This document shows, piece by piece, positions 1-11,733 of a DNA stretch of 44,892 nt. The stretch lies in the sequence record SRR20825010_277; one strand, written 5' to 3'. Below the pieces are notes generated by a model that was given only the letters and a program-made list of their open reading frames with translations, was not told the origin of the DNA and made no database searches. How positions within the stretch are numbered: position 1 is the first letter of the stretch; every line of letters begins with the position of its first letter. Position numbers and translations under genes: made by a program.

Positions 1-608
1 ATCATCTTGTACTGGCCGTTTTTCCAGTCCTTGAACTGCGGTGTAACCAGGCGACCTTCAAGGTCCTTTTTGCGAACGCTCTTGAAGTATTCGTTAGAGG
101 CCAGGTTTACCAGCACGCCATCATCAGCCTTCAACAAGCGGTTAAGCTCATCGGTGACCTTGCTGCCCCAGAAAGCGTACAGATCTTTGCCCCGGCGGTT
201 CTCGAACTTGGTACCCATCTCCAGACGATAGGGTTGCATCAGGTCCAGCGGCTTGAGCACACCGTAGAGGCCGGACAGAATTCTCAGCCGCTTCTGGGCA
301 ATCTCGAATTCTTTCTCACTGAAGCTTTCCGCATCCAGGCCGGTGTAAACATCGCCCTTGAAGGCAAGCACCGCCTGGCGGGCGTTATCTGGTGTGAAGG
401 GGGTGTGCCAGGTGCGAAAGCGTTCAGCATTGAGCTGACCGAGCTTGTCGCTGATCCCCATCAGGTTGCTGATGTCATGGGGTTCCAGGTCTTTAAGCTG
501 GTCTATCAGTTCACAGGCATCGTCGAGAAAGTCCAGCTGGGTTGTCTTTTGGGTCGCCAGCGGGCTCTCGTAGTCCAGTGTCTTGGCGGGGGATATCACC
601 ATCAACAT
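1..608 (-). CDS. yaaA: Peroxide stress protein YaaA (UPF0246/DUF328), 3' end outside window
   Basis: Absent from the ORF track because it runs off the window edge. Manual translation from ATG at 608 gives [14 protein letters not shown]..., and later ...[26 protein letters not shown]..., typical YaaA motifs. Confidence 0.92.
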   Translation of the reverse strand, partial: MLMVISPAKTLDYESPLATQKTTQLDFLDDACELIDQLKDLEPHDISNLMGISDKLGQLNAERFRTWHTPFTPDNARQAVLAFKGDVYTGLDAESFSEKEFEIAQKRLRILSGLYGVLKPLDLMQPYRLEMGTKFENRRGKDLYAFWGSKVTDELNRLLKADDGVLVNLASNEYFKSVRKKDLEGRLVTPQFKDWKNGQYKM

Positions 609-620
609 GTCGGGCTGTCC

Positions 621-854
621 TCATCGAAGAAAATTCATTAACTGGTCACTGGTGAACGGCCAGTCCAGTTCTTCACCGGTATCGTTACGGCGCAACACCG
701 GAATCCGGGTGCCATAGCGTTCAACCAGTTTTTCGGACTGGGCAATGTCCACGGCGTCCACGGGCACCGGCTCCGGCATGGGCGTTCTGACCAATAGGGC
801 TTCCGCCAGTTCGCACAAGTGGCATTGGGACGTGGTGTAGAAAATCAGTTCCAT
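621..854 (-). CDS. Glutaredoxin-like protein (DUF836 family)
   Basis: 77 aa with CHLC (CxxC) and YGTRIPVL...LDWPF; start overlaps the yciK stop. Confidence 0.85.
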   Translation of the reverse strand: MELIFYTTSQCHLCELAEALLVRTPMPEPVPVDAVDIAQSEKLVERYGTRIPVLRRNDTGEELDWPFTSDQLMNFLR

Positions 855-1603
855 TATTTCGGCTGTGCGTCTATTTGTTGGCCATTCACGTCGTGGCTGT
901 CCTTACCCATCAGGTACAGATACACCGGCATCAATTCCTCCGGTGCTGGATTCTGGTCCGGGTTCTCAGCCGGGTACGCGGTGGCTCTCATATTGGTACG
1001 GGTGGCGCCGGGGTTAAGACTGTTCACGCGGACGTTGTGGCGGTCGTCATCCAGCTCCTCTGCCAGCATCTGGCTCAGGCCTTCGATGGCGAATTTGGAA
1101 ACGGCGTAGGCGCCCCAGTAGGGTTTGGCCCGGCGTCCGACGCCGGAGGCGGTGAAAATCACCGACGCATCGTCGGATTTGCGCAGTAACGGAATCATCG
1201 CCCGGCTCAGCAGGAAAGGCGCGGTGGCATTGACATGCATGACCTTGTTCCAGATTTCCGGATCGTACAGTTCGATCGGGCTGCGAGTGCCCAGAATGGC
1301 TGCGTTGTGGAGAAGCCCGTCGATCCGGTCGAAGTTGTCTTCAATGGTCATGGCCAGCTCTTCATACTCCTTCACCGCGGCGCCTTCAAAATTCAGCGGT
1401 ACGATGGCTGGTTTGGGATGACCGGCCGCTTCGATCTCATCGTAGACGGATTCCAGTTTGGAGACGGTGCGGCCGACGAGAATGACGGTAGCGCCGTGAG
1501 CCGCATAGGCCTTTGCTGCAGCCCTTCCTATCCCGCTGCCGGCACCGGTCACCATGATGATGCGTTCTTTCAGTAGGTCGGCCGGTGCTTGATAGTCCTG
1601 CAT
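854..1603 (-). CDS. yciK: YciK-family short-chain dehydrogenase/reductase
   Basis: TGAGSGIG NAD(P)-binding motif, YAVSK catalytic motif, NPGATRT. Start placed at ATG 1603 (MQDYQAPADLL); the longer ORF overlaps the upstream gene. Confidence 0.88.
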   Translation of the reverse strand: MQDYQAPADLLKERIIMVTGAGSGIGRAAAKAYAAHGATVILVGRTVSKLESVYDEIEAAGHPKPAIVPLNFEGAAVKEYEELAMTIEDNFDRIDGLLHNAAILGTRSPIELYDPEIWNKVMHVNATAPFLLSRAMIPLLRKSDDASVIFTASGVGRRAKPYWGAYAVSKFAIEGLSQMLAEELDDDRHNVRVNSLNPGATRTNMRATAYPAENPDQNPAPEELMPVYLYLMGKDSHDVNGQQIDAQPK

Positions 1604-1650
1604 TCTGAGTCTCCATTTGGGAAATGCTGAAATAGTGCTGCCATCGGCGC

Positions 1651-2337
1651 CTATTGTAACAGTTTTGCCAGGTCGCTGACGGTGTCCGCAATAAGGTCGG
1701 CTTGCCACAGGTCAACGGTTTCCGGCTGCTCGATATAACCGTACCGAACCGCAATGGTTGTCATCCCGGCGTTGCGCCCGGCCTCGATATCGCGCTCATG
1801 GTCGCCCACGTATACGCCCGTTGTCGGTTCGACGCCCACTTCCTTGCAGGCAAGAAACAGAGCTTCTGGATGCGGCTTGCGGTGGGTGACATGGTCGGGG
1901 CAGACCACCGCTGCACAGCGGTTTGCAAGTCCCAGGGCTTCCACCAGCGGAACGGCGAAGCGAACCGGCTTGTTGGTGACAATACCCCAGGGGATACCCC
2001 GTGCTTCGAGGCTTTTCAGCAGGTTGTCCATGCCCTCGAACAGAGTGGTTTCCACGGCGACGCCGGCCTCGTAAAGGTCGAGAAACGCGGTGTGTTTTTC
2101 CAGGTAGTCGGGATGGTCCGGGTCGAGCCCGAAGCCAATCTTGATCATGGCCCGGGCCCCGTTGGAGACAGAGCGCCGTATATGCGGTGCGGGCAGGCCT
2201 GGTAAACCGTGAGAGAGTCGCAGCTCATTCAGGCAACGAATAAAGTCCGGTGCGGTATCGATCAAGGTACCGTCCAGGTCAAACAGGACGGTCGACGGGG
2301 TTGCTGGCATGGCTGACTCTGGGGGTGTGGCGTTCAC
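1651..2337 (-). CDS. mupP: HAD phosphatase, MupP/Gph family (N-acetylmuramate-6-P or phosphoglycolate phosphatase)
   Basis: [18 protein letters not shown] and GDHERD HAD motifs; the ubiG-HAD-yciK order is that of pseudomonad mupP. Start may be 2310. Confidence 0.75.
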   Translation of the reverse strand: MNATPPESAMPATPSTVLFDLDGTLIDTAPDFIRCLNELRLSHGLPGLPAPHIRRSVSNGARAMIKIGFGLDPDHPDYLEKHTAFLDLYEAGVAVETTLFEGMDNLLKSLEARGIPWGIVTNKPVRFAVPLVEALGLANRCAAVVCPDHVTHRKPHPEALFLACKEVGVEPTTGVYVGDHERDIEAGRNAGMTTIAVRYGYIEQPETVDLWQADLIADTVSDLAKLLQ

Positions 2338-3062
2338 GACGGCGTACTGTCCTCTCGTGTGTCCATGGCGTGCATCATGTAGTTCACGTCCACATCCCGC
2401 CCCAAGCGGTAGGCTTTGGTAATCGGATTATAGGTCATGCCGGTCAGGTCGCGGATGTCCAGGCCAGCGTGGCGGAGATGGTCGGACATCTCGGACGGCC
2501 GGATAAACTTGCGCCACTCATGGGTGCCCTTGGGCAGCAGGCGGAGCATATATTCCGCGCCGACGATGGCGAACAGGAAGGATTTTGGATTGCGGTTGAT
2601 GGTAGACACGAACAGATGCCCGCCCGGTTTGAGCATGGTGGCGCAGGCACTGATCACCGACGCCGGGTCGGGCACATGCTCAAGCATCTCCAGGCAAGTC
2701 ACCAGGTCGTATTGGCCCGCATGTTCCGGGTCTTGCGCCAGCTCTTCCACAGTGATCTGACGGTAGTCCACCTCAATGCCGCTTTCCATACCATGGAGTC
2801 TGGCGACGGATAGCGGTGCTTCTCCCATATCAATGCCGGTGACATGGGCACCGCGCAGTGCCATGCCCTCGGAGAGCAGGCCACCGCCGCAACCGACATC
2901 CAGCGCCCGCTTACCGGCCAGGGGCGCGCGTTCATCGATGTAGTTGAGTCGCAAGGGATTGATGTCGTGCAGAGGCCGGAATTCGCTAGTGGGGTCCCAC
3001 CAGCGGCTGGCCAGTGCCTCGAACTTGGCGATTTCGTTCTGGTCTACGTTGTGGTTACTCAT
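2334..3062 (-). CDS. ubiG: Ubiquinone biosynthesis O-methyltransferase
   Basis: [30 protein letters not shown] and [11 protein letters not shown] motifs. Confidence 0.96.
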   Translation of the reverse strand: MSNHNVDQNEIAKFEALASRWWDPTSEFRPLHDINPLRLNYIDERAPLAGKRALDVGCGGGLLSEGMALRGAHVTGIDMGEAPLSVARLHGMESGIEVDYRQITVEELAQDPEHAGQYDLVTCLEMLEHVPDPASVISACATMLKPGGHLFVSTINRNPKSFLFAIVGAEYMLRLLPKGTHEWRKFIRPSEMSDHLRHAGLDIRDLTGMTYNPITKAYRLGRDVDVNYMMHAMDTREDSTPS

Positions 3063-3096
3063 GTGCCGTTCTGCCTGGTCGCTGAGAGTGTGAGCG

Positions 3097-4437
3097 TCAA
3101 CTGGTTTGCTGTTCGCGAATACGGTCGGCCCAGCCCTGGACGCGTAGCATCAGGTCCGGGACGTCAATGCGGGTGAGTTTGCCTTCCTGCACCTGGGGTA
3201 CGCCGTTGATCCAGCTATGGCTTACCTGGCGGCCATGGTTGCTGTAAACCAGATGGGAGGCAGGATCATACACTGGCTGCAGGAACGGGTCGCCGAGATT
3301 CACGGCGATAATGTCCGCCAGTTTGCCAGCGGCCAACGATCCCAACTCATGATCGCGCCCAAGAGCTCTGGCGCCCTGGATGGTCGCCATAGCCAGTGCC
3401 TCGTGGGCGGACAGTGCCGAGGCGTCGTCTGCGACCACCTTGGCCAGCATGGCGGCGGTGTTAAGCTCGCCGAACAGGTCCAGGTCATTGTTACTGGCCG
3501 CGCCATCCGTGCCAATGGCGACATTGACGCCGGCCTTGCGGAATGTTTGCACCGGGCTCAGGCCGCTGGCCAGTTTCAGGTTGGATTCCGGGCAGTGGAT
3601 AACGTGGGCACCGGTCGCCTGGAGCAGCGCTATGTCTGACTCATCAATCTGCGTCATGTGCACGCACTGGGTGTTGGTCCCGAGTACTTTCAGCTCCGCC
3701 AGGCGGGCAGTAGGGCGCTTGCCGGACTTTTCCATGGCGTCCGCAACTTCGAAGGCGGTTTCATGCAGGTGAATCTGGATCGGGGCACCCGTCGCCTCCG
3801 ATAGCGCTACGGCTTTTCTCAGTGGCTCGTCGGATACGGTGTAGGGCGCATGGGGGCCAATGGCCGGCATGATGAAGGCGTTGTCCTGCCACTGTTTTAT
3901 GAATGCTTCGCCTTTGGACAGGTATTCATCCGGCCCGCTCCCCCAGGGTGTGGGGAAGTCCAGCAGCGGAAAGCAGATCTGTGCGCGCATGCCGGCGTCG
4001 TGCGCAAGCTGGGCAACGATTTCCGGGAAGAAGTACATATCGGAAAACGTGGTGGTACCGGTGCGCAGCATTTCCGCCATGGCAAGCTGGGTGCCATCGG
4101 CAATGAATGCTTCGCTGACAAACGCGCCTTCGGCAGGCCAGATATGGTCGTTAAGCCAGGTCATCAGGGGCAGGTCATCGGCCAAGCCACGGAACAGTGA
4201 CATGGCGGCGTGGCCGTGCATATTGATGAGGCCGGGCAGCACCACATGGCTGGGAAGGTCGATCACTTCCTTGGCACGGAAGCGGGCATCCGCTTCGTCC
4301 TGCGATACGATGGCGGCAATCCTGTCACCCTGGACGAGAACCGCCTGATGTTCCAGAACCACATCGGCGGGCTCGATGGGAATCAGCCAGCGTGCGTTGA
4401 TGCGAATGTCCGCTGCGGTAATGGTGTCTGCCGTCAT
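3097..4437 (-). CDS. mtaD: 5-methylthioadenosine/S-adenosylhomocysteine deaminase (TRZ/ATZ amidohydrolase)
   Basis: [32 protein letters not shown] and GTDGAASNN motifs; divergent from mtnA. Start at ATG 4437. Confidence 0.88.
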   Translation of the reverse strand: MTADTITAADIRINARWLIPIEPADVVLEHQAVLVQGDRIAAIVSQDEADARFRAKEVIDLPSHVVLPGLINMHGHAAMSLFRGLADDLPLMTWLNDHIWPAEGAFVSEAFIADGTQLAMAEMLRTGTTTFSDMYFFPEIVAQLAHDAGMRAQICFPLLDFPTPWGSGPDEYLSKGEAFIKQWQDNAFIMPAIGPHAPYTVSDEPLRKAVALSEATGAPIQIHLHETAFEVADAMEKSGKRPTARLAELKVLGTNTQCVHMTQIDESDIALLQATGAHVIHCPESNLKLASGLSPVQTFRKAGVNVAIGTDGAASNNDLDLFGELNTAAMLAKVVADDASALSAHEALAMATIQGARALGRDHELGSLAAGKLADIIAVNLGDPFLQPVYDPASHLVYSNHGRQVSHSWINGVPQVQEGKLTRIDVPDLMLRVQGWADRIREQQTS

Positions 4438-4596
4438 TAACCCTACCTTTGTACGTGCAGCCTGGAACGGAGCCACGCTGTCTTGAAATGTAGCCCGAAA
4501 GTATAGCGACCGGCCCGGTTGAGAACTACCCTGGGGGCTGAGTTTACCGTATTAACACAGGTATACTGCCGTTTTGTAACCCTCAGGAGTTAATGA

Positions 4597-5661
4597 ATGA
4601 GTCGCGCCCCTGTTTCATCTGGTGACCGTGCTATCGGCACCGTAGCCATTCGCTGGCATGGCGGAAGTCTTGAATTGTTGGATCAGCGGCTGCTGCCGGA
4701 CCAGGAACACTGGATCACGCTGGAGGGCTCCGCCGGGGTGGCTCAGAGTATCCGCAATATGGTGGTGCGTGGGGCGCCGGCGATCGGAATCAGCGCCGCG
4801 TACGGTGTTGCCCTTGCAGCCCGGCACGCTGGTGGCGGTGACTGGAAAGCGGAGATCAAGCAGGCCATTCGCGAACTGGCGGCCTCCCGGCCAACGGCGG
4901 TGAACCTGTTCTGGGCGCTGCAGAAAATGGAGCAGGTGTTCTCAGAATGTCACTCCCTGGAGGAGGCGGTAAAGCGCCTCTCCGAAACGGCGGTTCAAAT
5001 CCATAAGGACGACCTGTCCGCCAATCTGGCAATGGCGGACTATGCACTGGCCCATATGGATGCCAGCAAACCGTTTTCGGTTCTGACCCACTGCAATACC
5101 GGGGCGCTTGCCACCGGCGGCTACGGCACAGCGCTGGGAGTGATCCGGCGGCTGCATGAGAAAAAGCTGTTGAAGGATGTGTTTGCCGATGAGACCCGGC
5201 CGTGGCTTCAGGGTAGCCGATTGACCGCCTGGGAACTGGCAAGGGATGGGATTCCGGTGACGCTCAACGCAGATGGGGCGGCGGCGTCGATACTTGCGGC
5301 GGGTCATGTGCGTTGGGTGATTGTCGGCGCGGACCGAATTACGGCCAACGGTGATGTGGCCAACAAGATTGGCACCTATAGCCTGGCGGTCCTGGCCCGG
5401 CATCATAAAGTCGGTTTTATGGTGGTGGCACCGTCCAGTACGGTGGACATGGCCCTCGCGTCGGGCAAGGACATCCCGATTGAAGAACGCGAGGGGGAGG
5501 AGCTCAGGCAGGTTCGGGGCGTTCAGATCGCCCCCGCTGGCGTGAAGGCGTTTAACCCGGTGTTCGATGTGACGCCGGCCAGTCTGATCGACGTCATCGT
5601 CACTGAGAAGGGTGTGGTCAGCACCCCGAACCTGACCGGTATGGCGGGATTGTTTAGCTGA
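4597..5661 (+). CDS. mtnA: S-methyl-5-thioribose-1-phosphate isomerase
   Basis: [35 protein letters not shown] and NKIGTY motifs; AGGAG RBS upstream. Confidence 0.96.
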   Translation: MSRAPVSSGDRAIGTVAIRWHGGSLELLDQRLLPDQEHWITLEGSAGVAQSIRNMVVRGAPAIGISAAYGVALAARHAGGGDWKAEIKQAIRELAASRPTAVNLFWALQKMEQVFSECHSLEEAVKRLSETAVQIHKDDLSANLAMADYALAHMDASKPFSVLTHCNTGALATGGYGTALGVIRRLHEKKLLKDVFADETRPWLQGSRLTAWELARDGIPVTLNADGAAASILAAGHVRWVIVGADRITANGDVANKIGTYSLAVLARHHKVGFMVVAPSSTVDMALASGKDIPIEEREGEELRQVRGVQIAPAGVKAFNPVFDVTPASLIDVIVTEKGVVSTPNLTGMAGLFS

Positions 5662-5667
5662 AACCCT

Positions 5668-7806
5668 TTACTGGCCCGACTTGCCGCTCAGCGTATCCGC
5701 CTGGGCGGTGATCTGCTTGGGGGCCAGGATGGACGCCATGCGCTGATCCAGCTCAAGCATATCCGCCATGATGTTACCGCCTTCGCGGATAATGAAATCC
5801 AGTTCGTCGTCTGCGCTGTCTGGTTCCGCCGCCTGCTCGTCCTGCCAGTCGTCGAGCGCATCCAGGCTTTCGAAGGCTTCTTCACCGTGTATGGCGCGGC
5901 GTGCGTTGGCGATGGTCAACCGGGTGCTCTCAATCTGTGACTGATATTCCTTGCGCTTTTCAAGGTTCAGGCTCACGTATTCCTGTTCGCGTTGTTGCTT
6001 CAGGAATTCAATTTCCTTCTGCAGCAAGCTGAACTCGGGGTTTTCCTCAAACCGGGTGTCGTGGCGCTTCCGGAGTTCATCGATAACACCGCTGAAGTCG
6101 AAGTAGCGCGCATGTGGCACGGCTTCAATCTGGTCCCAGGGCAGGGCGTGGTCCAGCGCATCCTCGCCGATACGGGTCTTGTCCACGCGCGACGGAATTT
6201 CAATGTCCGGAATCACGCCTTTGTGCTGGGTCGAGCCGCCGGACACCCGGTAGAACTTGCTCTGGGTGATTTTCAGCTGGCCGTGATTCAGCGGCCGAAC
6301 AGCCTGTACCGTGCCTTTTCCGAAGGTTTGGGAGCCAACCACAAGGCCCCGGCCATAATCCTGGATGGCACCGGCAAAAATCTCCGAGGCGGAGGCACTC
6401 ATTCGGTTGACCAGCACCACCAGCGGCCCGTCATAGGCAACGGATGGGTCCTCGTCGTTGAGTACCTGTACGTCGTTGTTGGAGTTGCGAATCTGTACCG
6501 TGGGGCCTTCCTCGATGAACAGGCCGACCAGGTCGTTGGCTTCATGAAGTGCGCCGCCGCCGTTATTGCGGAGGTCCATCACCACACCATCGACGCCATC
6601 TGCCTTCAACTCGTCGATCAGTTTGCGAACATCCCGGGTGGTGCTTTTGTAGTTGGGATCGCCATCCTGCATCGCCTTGAAGTCGGCGTAGAAGGTGGGA
6701 ATGTTAATGACGCCGATGCTGTAAGTGGTATTGCCGCGTTCGAACTCGATGACTTCCTTGCTGGCGCTTTGTTCCTCCAGCTTCACTTTGTCCCGCTCAA
6801 TGGCGATGGTTTCAGTGACGGTTTCATCCGGGGCATCGGCGGGAATGACTTCCAGGGTCACCGTGGATTCGCGGGGGCCGCGAATCAGATCCACTACCTC
6901 GTCGAGGCGCCAGCCGATGACGTTGACGGGCTTTTCCTCGTCGTCCTGTTTGACCGACACGATACGGTCTGCCGGCTCAAGCTGGCCTTGCTTTGAGGCA
7001 GGCCCACCCGGTACCAGGCGAACCACCTTGGTGTATTCGTTGTCTGATTGCAGCACTGCGCCGATGCCCTCGAGGGACAGGCTCATGTTGATATTGAAAT
7101 TCTCGGACGTGCGCGGTGAAAAGTAGGAGGTATGCGGGTCCCACATGCCCGCGAAGGCGTTCATGTAAGCCTGGAACGCGTCCTCGCTACGTGCCTGGTA
7201 GGCGCGCTTCAACTGGCCTTCATAGCGCCGCTGCAGAGCCTCCTTGATGGATTCGTCATCGGAATCGTTGAGGCGTTGTGCCAGAACGGCGTTCTTGATC
7301 CTTTTTACCCACAGGTCGTCCAGTGCTTCCCTGTCGGCGGCCCAATCGGCGTCGGAGCGGTCCAGCAGGATGCGTTCGTCGGCACTGAAGTCGAGCTTGT
7401 CGATGCCGTTGTCGATCAGGTCGAGAGCGAACTCGAGGCGTTCAATGATGCGTTGCTGAACCAGGTTGTAGATATCAAAACCCGGTTGCAGTTGACCGGT
7501 TTTGAGCGCCGATCCGAGCCCAAGCCGAATCGCACTGAGCTTGTCGATGTCTTTCTGTGTCAGGTAGACGCGCTGGCCATCCAGGTAGTCAAGATAAGCG
7601 TCAAACACATCCCCAGACAGCGAGTCGTTAATGCTCAAATCGCGGAAGTGGGTGAACTGCAATTGGCGGGCAATCAATATGTTGGCGCGGGCCTGCTCCA
7701 CCGTTGGAGACACCGGCTGGTAGACCTTGTCGGTATCCAGCTTGGCCGATACAGGCACAGCGAGTGCGAGCGTGAGAGCCAGGGCAAAGGTTTTTTTGCC
7801 GGGCAT
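5668..7806 (-). CDS. prc: Carboxy-terminal processing (tail-specific) protease
   Basis: Signal peptide, DPHTSY, PDZ region GIGAVL, DLRNNGGG, SASASEI and TFGKGTVQ. Start 7806 or 7860. Confidence 0.93.
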   Translation of the reverse strand: MPGKKTFALALTLALAVPVSAKLDTDKVYQPVSPTVEQARANILIARQLQFTHFRDLSINDSLSGDVFDAYLDYLDGQRVYLTQKDIDKLSAIRLGLGSALKTGQLQPGFDIYNLVQQRIIERLEFALDLIDNGIDKLDFSADERILLDRSDADWAADREALDDLWVKRIKNAVLAQRLNDSDDESIKEALQRRYEGQLKRAYQARSEDAFQAYMNAFAGMWDPHTSYFSPRTSENFNINMSLSLEGIGAVLQSDNEYTKVVRLVPGGPASKQGQLEPADRIVSVKQDDEEKPVNVIGWRLDEVVDLIRGPRESTVTLEVIPADAPDETVTETIAIERDKVKLEEQSASKEVIEFERGNTTYSIGVINIPTFYADFKAMQDGDPNYKSTTRDVRKLIDELKADGVDGVVMDLRNNGGGALHEANDLVGLFIEEGPTVQIRNSNNDVQVLNDEDPSVAYDGPLVVLVNRMSASASEIFAGAIQDYGRGLVVGSQTFGKGTVQAVRPLNHGQLKITQSKFYRVSGGSTQHKGVIPDIEIPSRVDKTRIGEDALDHALPWDQIEAVPHARYFDFSGVIDELRKRHDTRFEENPEFSLLQKEIEFLKQQREQEYVSLNLEKRKEYQSQIESTRLTIANARRAIHGEEAFESLDALDDWQDEQAAEPDSADDELDFIIREGGNIMADMLELDQRMASILAPKQITAQADTLSGKSGQ

Positions 7807-8153
7807 GACTCCACCCATGGTCGTGCTGTAACGGGTGACAAATCGTTCCGCGATGCTCATAAGCTTTGTTACCTGACGGTGTGGACGATACCCTGCGCTG
7901 CGGAGAGGGACCCATGATGAGCGGCCGCTGGCAGTTGATTAAGCGCTTTTTGGGTATCGCTGGATTGGCTCATGGTTTTATTGTAGGCAAGCACAGAACC
8001 GGTTGCCATAGTGGGGAAGTTTCGATACGTGACAATCTGTCCATGAAGTCGTCAGATTTGTGAACGCGGGGGCCGGCGGAAAGCCAGCGAGAAACCTTTG
8101 GTGACCCCCTTGACGGAGCGCGCAGGTGCAGCTCCGGCAAGGGATGGGGTTGA

Positions 8154-10304
8154 TTACTCGAAGACCGCGTTGCGTTCTGCCTTGTCCAGCAACAGACGGG
8201 GTGGGTTGAATCGCTCACCAAAGCGCTCGGCCAGGACTTTTGCCCGCTCTGCAAAGGCTCTGACACCGTATTGGTTGATGAACTGGATGGCACCGCCGGT
8301 CCAGGGGGCAAAACCAATACCGAATATACTGCCGATGTTGGCGTCTTCAACGGTCCGGAGTACGCCTTCTTCCAGGCAGCGTACGGTTTCGATGGCCTGG
8401 ATGAACAGGATGCGGTCTTTCAGCTCCTGGAGGTCCGTGTTCCGGGCTTTTTCCCGATCGACAAACAGTGTGTCCAGTTCCGGCCAGAGGTGCTTTTTCC
8501 CGGATTGCGGATACTCGTAGAAGCCGGCACCGGCGGCCTTGCCCTTGCGGTCGTGGCTGCCGACCATCTGGTCGATGACGGCTTCCGCCGGGTGCGCGTT
8601 CCAGGTTTGACCGGCCGCTTCCGTGTCTTTTTTGCTCTGGTCGCGGATATGTTGCATAAGGGTCATGCTGACTTCATCAGAAATCGCCAGCGGGCCGACC
8701 GGCATGCCGGCCAATACGCCTGCGTTTTCGATGCTGGACGGATGGATACCTTCACCCAGCATGGCGATGCCTTCATTGACGAAGGTGCCAAACACCCGTG
8801 AGGTGAAGAACCCGCGGCTGTCGTTGACCACAATGGGGATCTTGCCGATCTGCTGGACGTAATCAAAGGCGCGGGCGAGGGTGTCGTCAGATGTTTTCTC
8901 ACCCACGATGATTTCCACCAGTTGCATCTTGTCCACCGGCGAAAAGAAGTGCAGCCCAATGAATTTTTCGGGCCGAGCCGAGGCCTTGGCCAATTGGGTA
9001 ATGGGAATGGTGGAGGTGTTGGACGCAAAGAGACCGTTCCCGGCCAGTTTCGCTTCCGCTTCCTGGGTTACTTTTGCTTTCAGGTTGCTGTCTTCAAAAA
9101 CGGCCTCGATGACCAGATCGCATCCTTCCAGGTCGTCCGCGGAACCAGTGGCCTTAATGCGGTTCAATATCTCGGCTTTCTGTTCTTCCGTCATGCGCCC
9201 ACGGCTGACTTTTTTCGCCAGCAGTTTCTCGGAATAGGCCTTGCCTTTTTCCGCGTTTTCCGTGGAAACGTCCTTGAGGACCACATCCAGGCCTCGGGTT
9301 GCGGTGGAGTAGGCGATGCCCGCGCCCATCATGCCGGCGCCAAGGACGCCCACTTTGCGGAAGGTTTCCTTCTCAACACCCTGCGGGCGGCTTTCGCCGG
9401 CGTTGACCGCGTTAAGCTGAAACCAGAAAGTGCCGGTCATGTTCTTGGCGACCTGACCAATAACCAGTTCCGCGAAATAGCGGGTTTCGATCAGGCTGCC
9501 ATTGTCGAAGTCCACTTGGGCACCTTCCACGGCGGCTGACAGGATACGCTCCGGGGCGGGGTAGCAGCCTTTGGTTTTCTGCTTGAGCATTGCCGGCGCA
9601 ATAGCCAGTTTCTGGGCCATGGCGGGGTGGTGAGGCGCGCCGCCAGGAAACTTGAAGCCTTTCTGGTCCCAAGGCTGCTGGCTCTTTGGATTGGCGTCGA
9701 TAAAGGCCCGTGCCTTGGCCATCATGTCGTCGGTGGACGAGGCCAGTTCATTAACAATGCCGGCCTTAAGCGCCGCTTTTGGGTTTACCTTTTTGCCTTC
9801 CATCAGGAAGGGGAAGGCCGCTTCCAAACCGATCATACGGGGCAGGCGTTGAGTGCCGCCGCCACCGGGCAACAGTCCAAGGGTGACTTCCGGAAGGCCC
9901 AGTTGAATCTTGTCTTCGTCCAGAACAACCCGGTGATGGCACGCCAGGCAGATTTCCAGACCGCCACCGAGGGCAGAGCCATTGATGGCTGCCACGATGG
10001 GTTTGCCGCTGGTTTCGAGGACGCGCATCTCGGCTTTCATGCCGTTGACCATGTCTTCAAAGGCACCGGCGTCCTCCCGGGTTACTTTGTACAGCTCTTT
10101 CAGGTCACCGCCGGCAAAGAAGGTTTTCTTGGCGGAGGTGACAATAATGCCGCGGATATTGTCGAGATCGCTTTTAACCTTGCCCACTGTCTCCGTCAGT
10201 GCCGCTCGAAAATCGGCGTTCATGGTGTTGGCGGACTGGCCGGGCATGTCGATGGTCAGGGTCAGGATCTGGTCTGAACCCAGGTCGTAGTGAATGGCGC
10301 TCAT
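8154..10304 (-). CDS. Fatty-acid oxidation multifunctional enzyme (enoyl-CoA hydratase / 3-hydroxyacyl-CoA dehydrogenase), FadJ/FadB-like
   Basis: Crotonase domain (AGGDL, GGGLE, GLPEV) plus GAGMMG, ASNTS and HFFSPV dehydrogenase motifs. Confidence 0.93.
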   Translation of the reverse strand: MSAIHYDLGSDQILTLTIDMPGQSANTMNADFRAALTETVGKVKSDLDNIRGIIVTSAKKTFFAGGDLKELYKVTREDAGAFEDMVNGMKAEMRVLETSGKPIVAAINGSALGGGLEICLACHHRVVLDEDKIQLGLPEVTLGLLPGGGGTQRLPRMIGLEAAFPFLMEGKKVNPKAALKAGIVNELASSTDDMMAKARAFIDANPKSQQPWDQKGFKFPGGAPHHPAMAQKLAIAPAMLKQKTKGCYPAPERILSAAVEGAQVDFDNGSLIETRYFAELVIGQVAKNMTGTFWFQLNAVNAGESRPQGVEKETFRKVGVLGAGMMGAGIAYSTATRGLDVVLKDVSTENAEKGKAYSEKLLAKKVSRGRMTEEQKAEILNRIKATGSADDLEGCDLVIEAVFEDSNLKAKVTQEAEAKLAGNGLFASNTSTIPITQLAKASARPEKFIGLHFFSPVDKMQLVEIIVGEKTSDDTLARAFDYVQQIGKIPIVVNDSRGFFTSRVFGTFVNEGIAMLGEGIHPSSIENAGVLAGMPVGPLAISDEVSMTLMQHIRDQSKKDTEAAGQTWNAHPAEAVIDQMVGSHDRKGKAAGAGFYEYPQSGKKHLWPELDTLFVDREKARNTDLQELKDRILFIQAIETVRCLEEGVLRTVEDANIGSIFGIGFAPWTGGAIQFINQYGVRAFAERAKVLAERFGERFNPPRLLLDKAERNAVFE

Positions 10305-10336
10305 AGTTGGTTCTCCTCTCAGAATCAGTCGTCGGC

Positions 10337-11545
10337 TCAGACGCGCTCAATGATGGTGGCAATACCCATTCCGCCACCCACACACAGGGTGGCCAGGCCG
10401 TAGCGCAGTTCTCTCCGCTCCAGTTCGTCGAGCAGGGTGCCCAGGATCATAGCGCCAGTGGCCCCCAGTGGGTGGCCCATGGCGATAGCACCGCCGTTCA
10501 CGTTCACTTTTTCGTCCGGAACCGACAACTCCTTCTGGAAGCGCATCACCACGGAGGCAAACGCTTCGTTTACTTCGAACAAATCGATCTGGTCGACTGT
10601 CATGCCGGCTTTTTCCAGCGCCTTGCGAGCCGCCGGGGCAGGGCCGGTCAGCATGATAGTGGGGTCGGTGCTGGTGACCGCTGTGGCCAGGATACGTGCT
10701 CGGGGTTTGAGCCCCATGGCCTTGCCCTTGGCTTCGCTGCCAATAAGGAGCGCCGTGGCGCCATCCACAATACCGGAGGAGTTGCCGGCATGATGTACGT
10801 GATTGATTTTCTCCACGTAGTGGTATTTTTCCCGGGCGACGCCGTCGAAGCCCATTTCACCCATCATCTGGAACGAGGGCTTGAGGCTGGACAGGGATTC
10901 CACCGTGGTGTTGCCGCGTACATGCTCGTCACGATCCAGGATCATCCCGCCATTCTGGTCGGTAACCGGAACGATGGACTTTGAAAAATAGCCTTTTTCC
11001 CAGGCGTTGGCGGCCTTTTGTTGTGACTTCACCGCAAACCCGTCTACATCCTCCCGGCTAAAGCCTTCCAGTGTCGCAATCAGGTCCGCGCCGATGCCCT
11101 GTGGCATAAAGCCAGTGTGCAGGTTGGTGGCCGGGTCCGTGGCCCAGGCACCGCCATCGGAACCCATGGGGACACGGGACATGCCTTCAACACCGCCGGC
11201 AACCACCAGGTCTTCCCACCCGGAACGAACCTTCATCGCCGCCAGGTTGACGGCCTCAAGGCCGGATGCACAGAAGCGGTTCAGGGTGACACCGGCTACA
11301 ACTTCGTCCCAGTCCGCGGCCAGGGCGGCGGTTTTGGCAATATCCGCACCCTGGTCGCCAACCGCGGTCACGCAGCCCATAACGATGTCGTCCACCTGGG
11401 CGGTGTCCAGACTGTTTCTCTCCTGTAGCGCCTTGAGAACGGTGGTCAGCAGGGTAATGGGTTTAACGCTGTGCAGGGCACCGTCTTTCTTGCCGCGCCC
11501 CCGGGGCGTACGAACCGCATCGAAGATATAGGCTTCGGTGGTCAT
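10337..11545 (-). CDS. Acetyl-CoA C-acyltransferase (thiolase)
   Basis: [20 protein letters not shown] and LCVGGGMG motifs; start ATG 11545 ([14 protein letters not shown]). Confidence 0.95.
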   Translation of the reverse strand: MTTEAYIFDAVRTPRGRGKKDGALHSVKPITLLTTVLKALQERNSLDTAQVDDIVMGCVTAVGDQGADIAKTAALAADWDEVVAGVTLNRFCASGLEAVNLAAMKVRSGWEDLVVAGGVEGMSRVPMGSDGGAWATDPATNLHTGFMPQGIGADLIATLEGFSREDVDGFAVKSQQKAANAWEKGYFSKSIVPVTDQNGGMILDRDEHVRGNTTVESLSSLKPSFQMMGEMGFDGVAREKYHYVEKINHVHHAGNSSGIVDGATALLIGSEAKGKAMGLKPRARILATAVTSTDPTIMLTGPAPAARKALEKAGMTVDQIDLFEVNEAFASVVMRFQKELSVPDEKVNVNGGAIAMGHPLGATGAMILGTLLDELERRELRYGLATLCVGGGMGIATIIERV

Positions 11546-11733
11546 TTCCTGTCCTCTGTTGGTCGTTGACTCAGTAATAGCATCGCGAAGGGTAACCATA
11601 GCGGGTCCTGACGGGTAAGCGTAATGACGAGCACTGCCAATCGAATTGGCGAAACTGCTCAATCCCGTCATGACAATTTCAGGGTAGGGTTCTATGGTGT
11701 AGACAGGTACCCATCACAAGCAGGAGCAAAGCG

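Noticed and set aside
7-641. ORFs 7-231 and 234-641 on the + strand
   Set aside because: Antisense shadows of yaaA on the minus strand.
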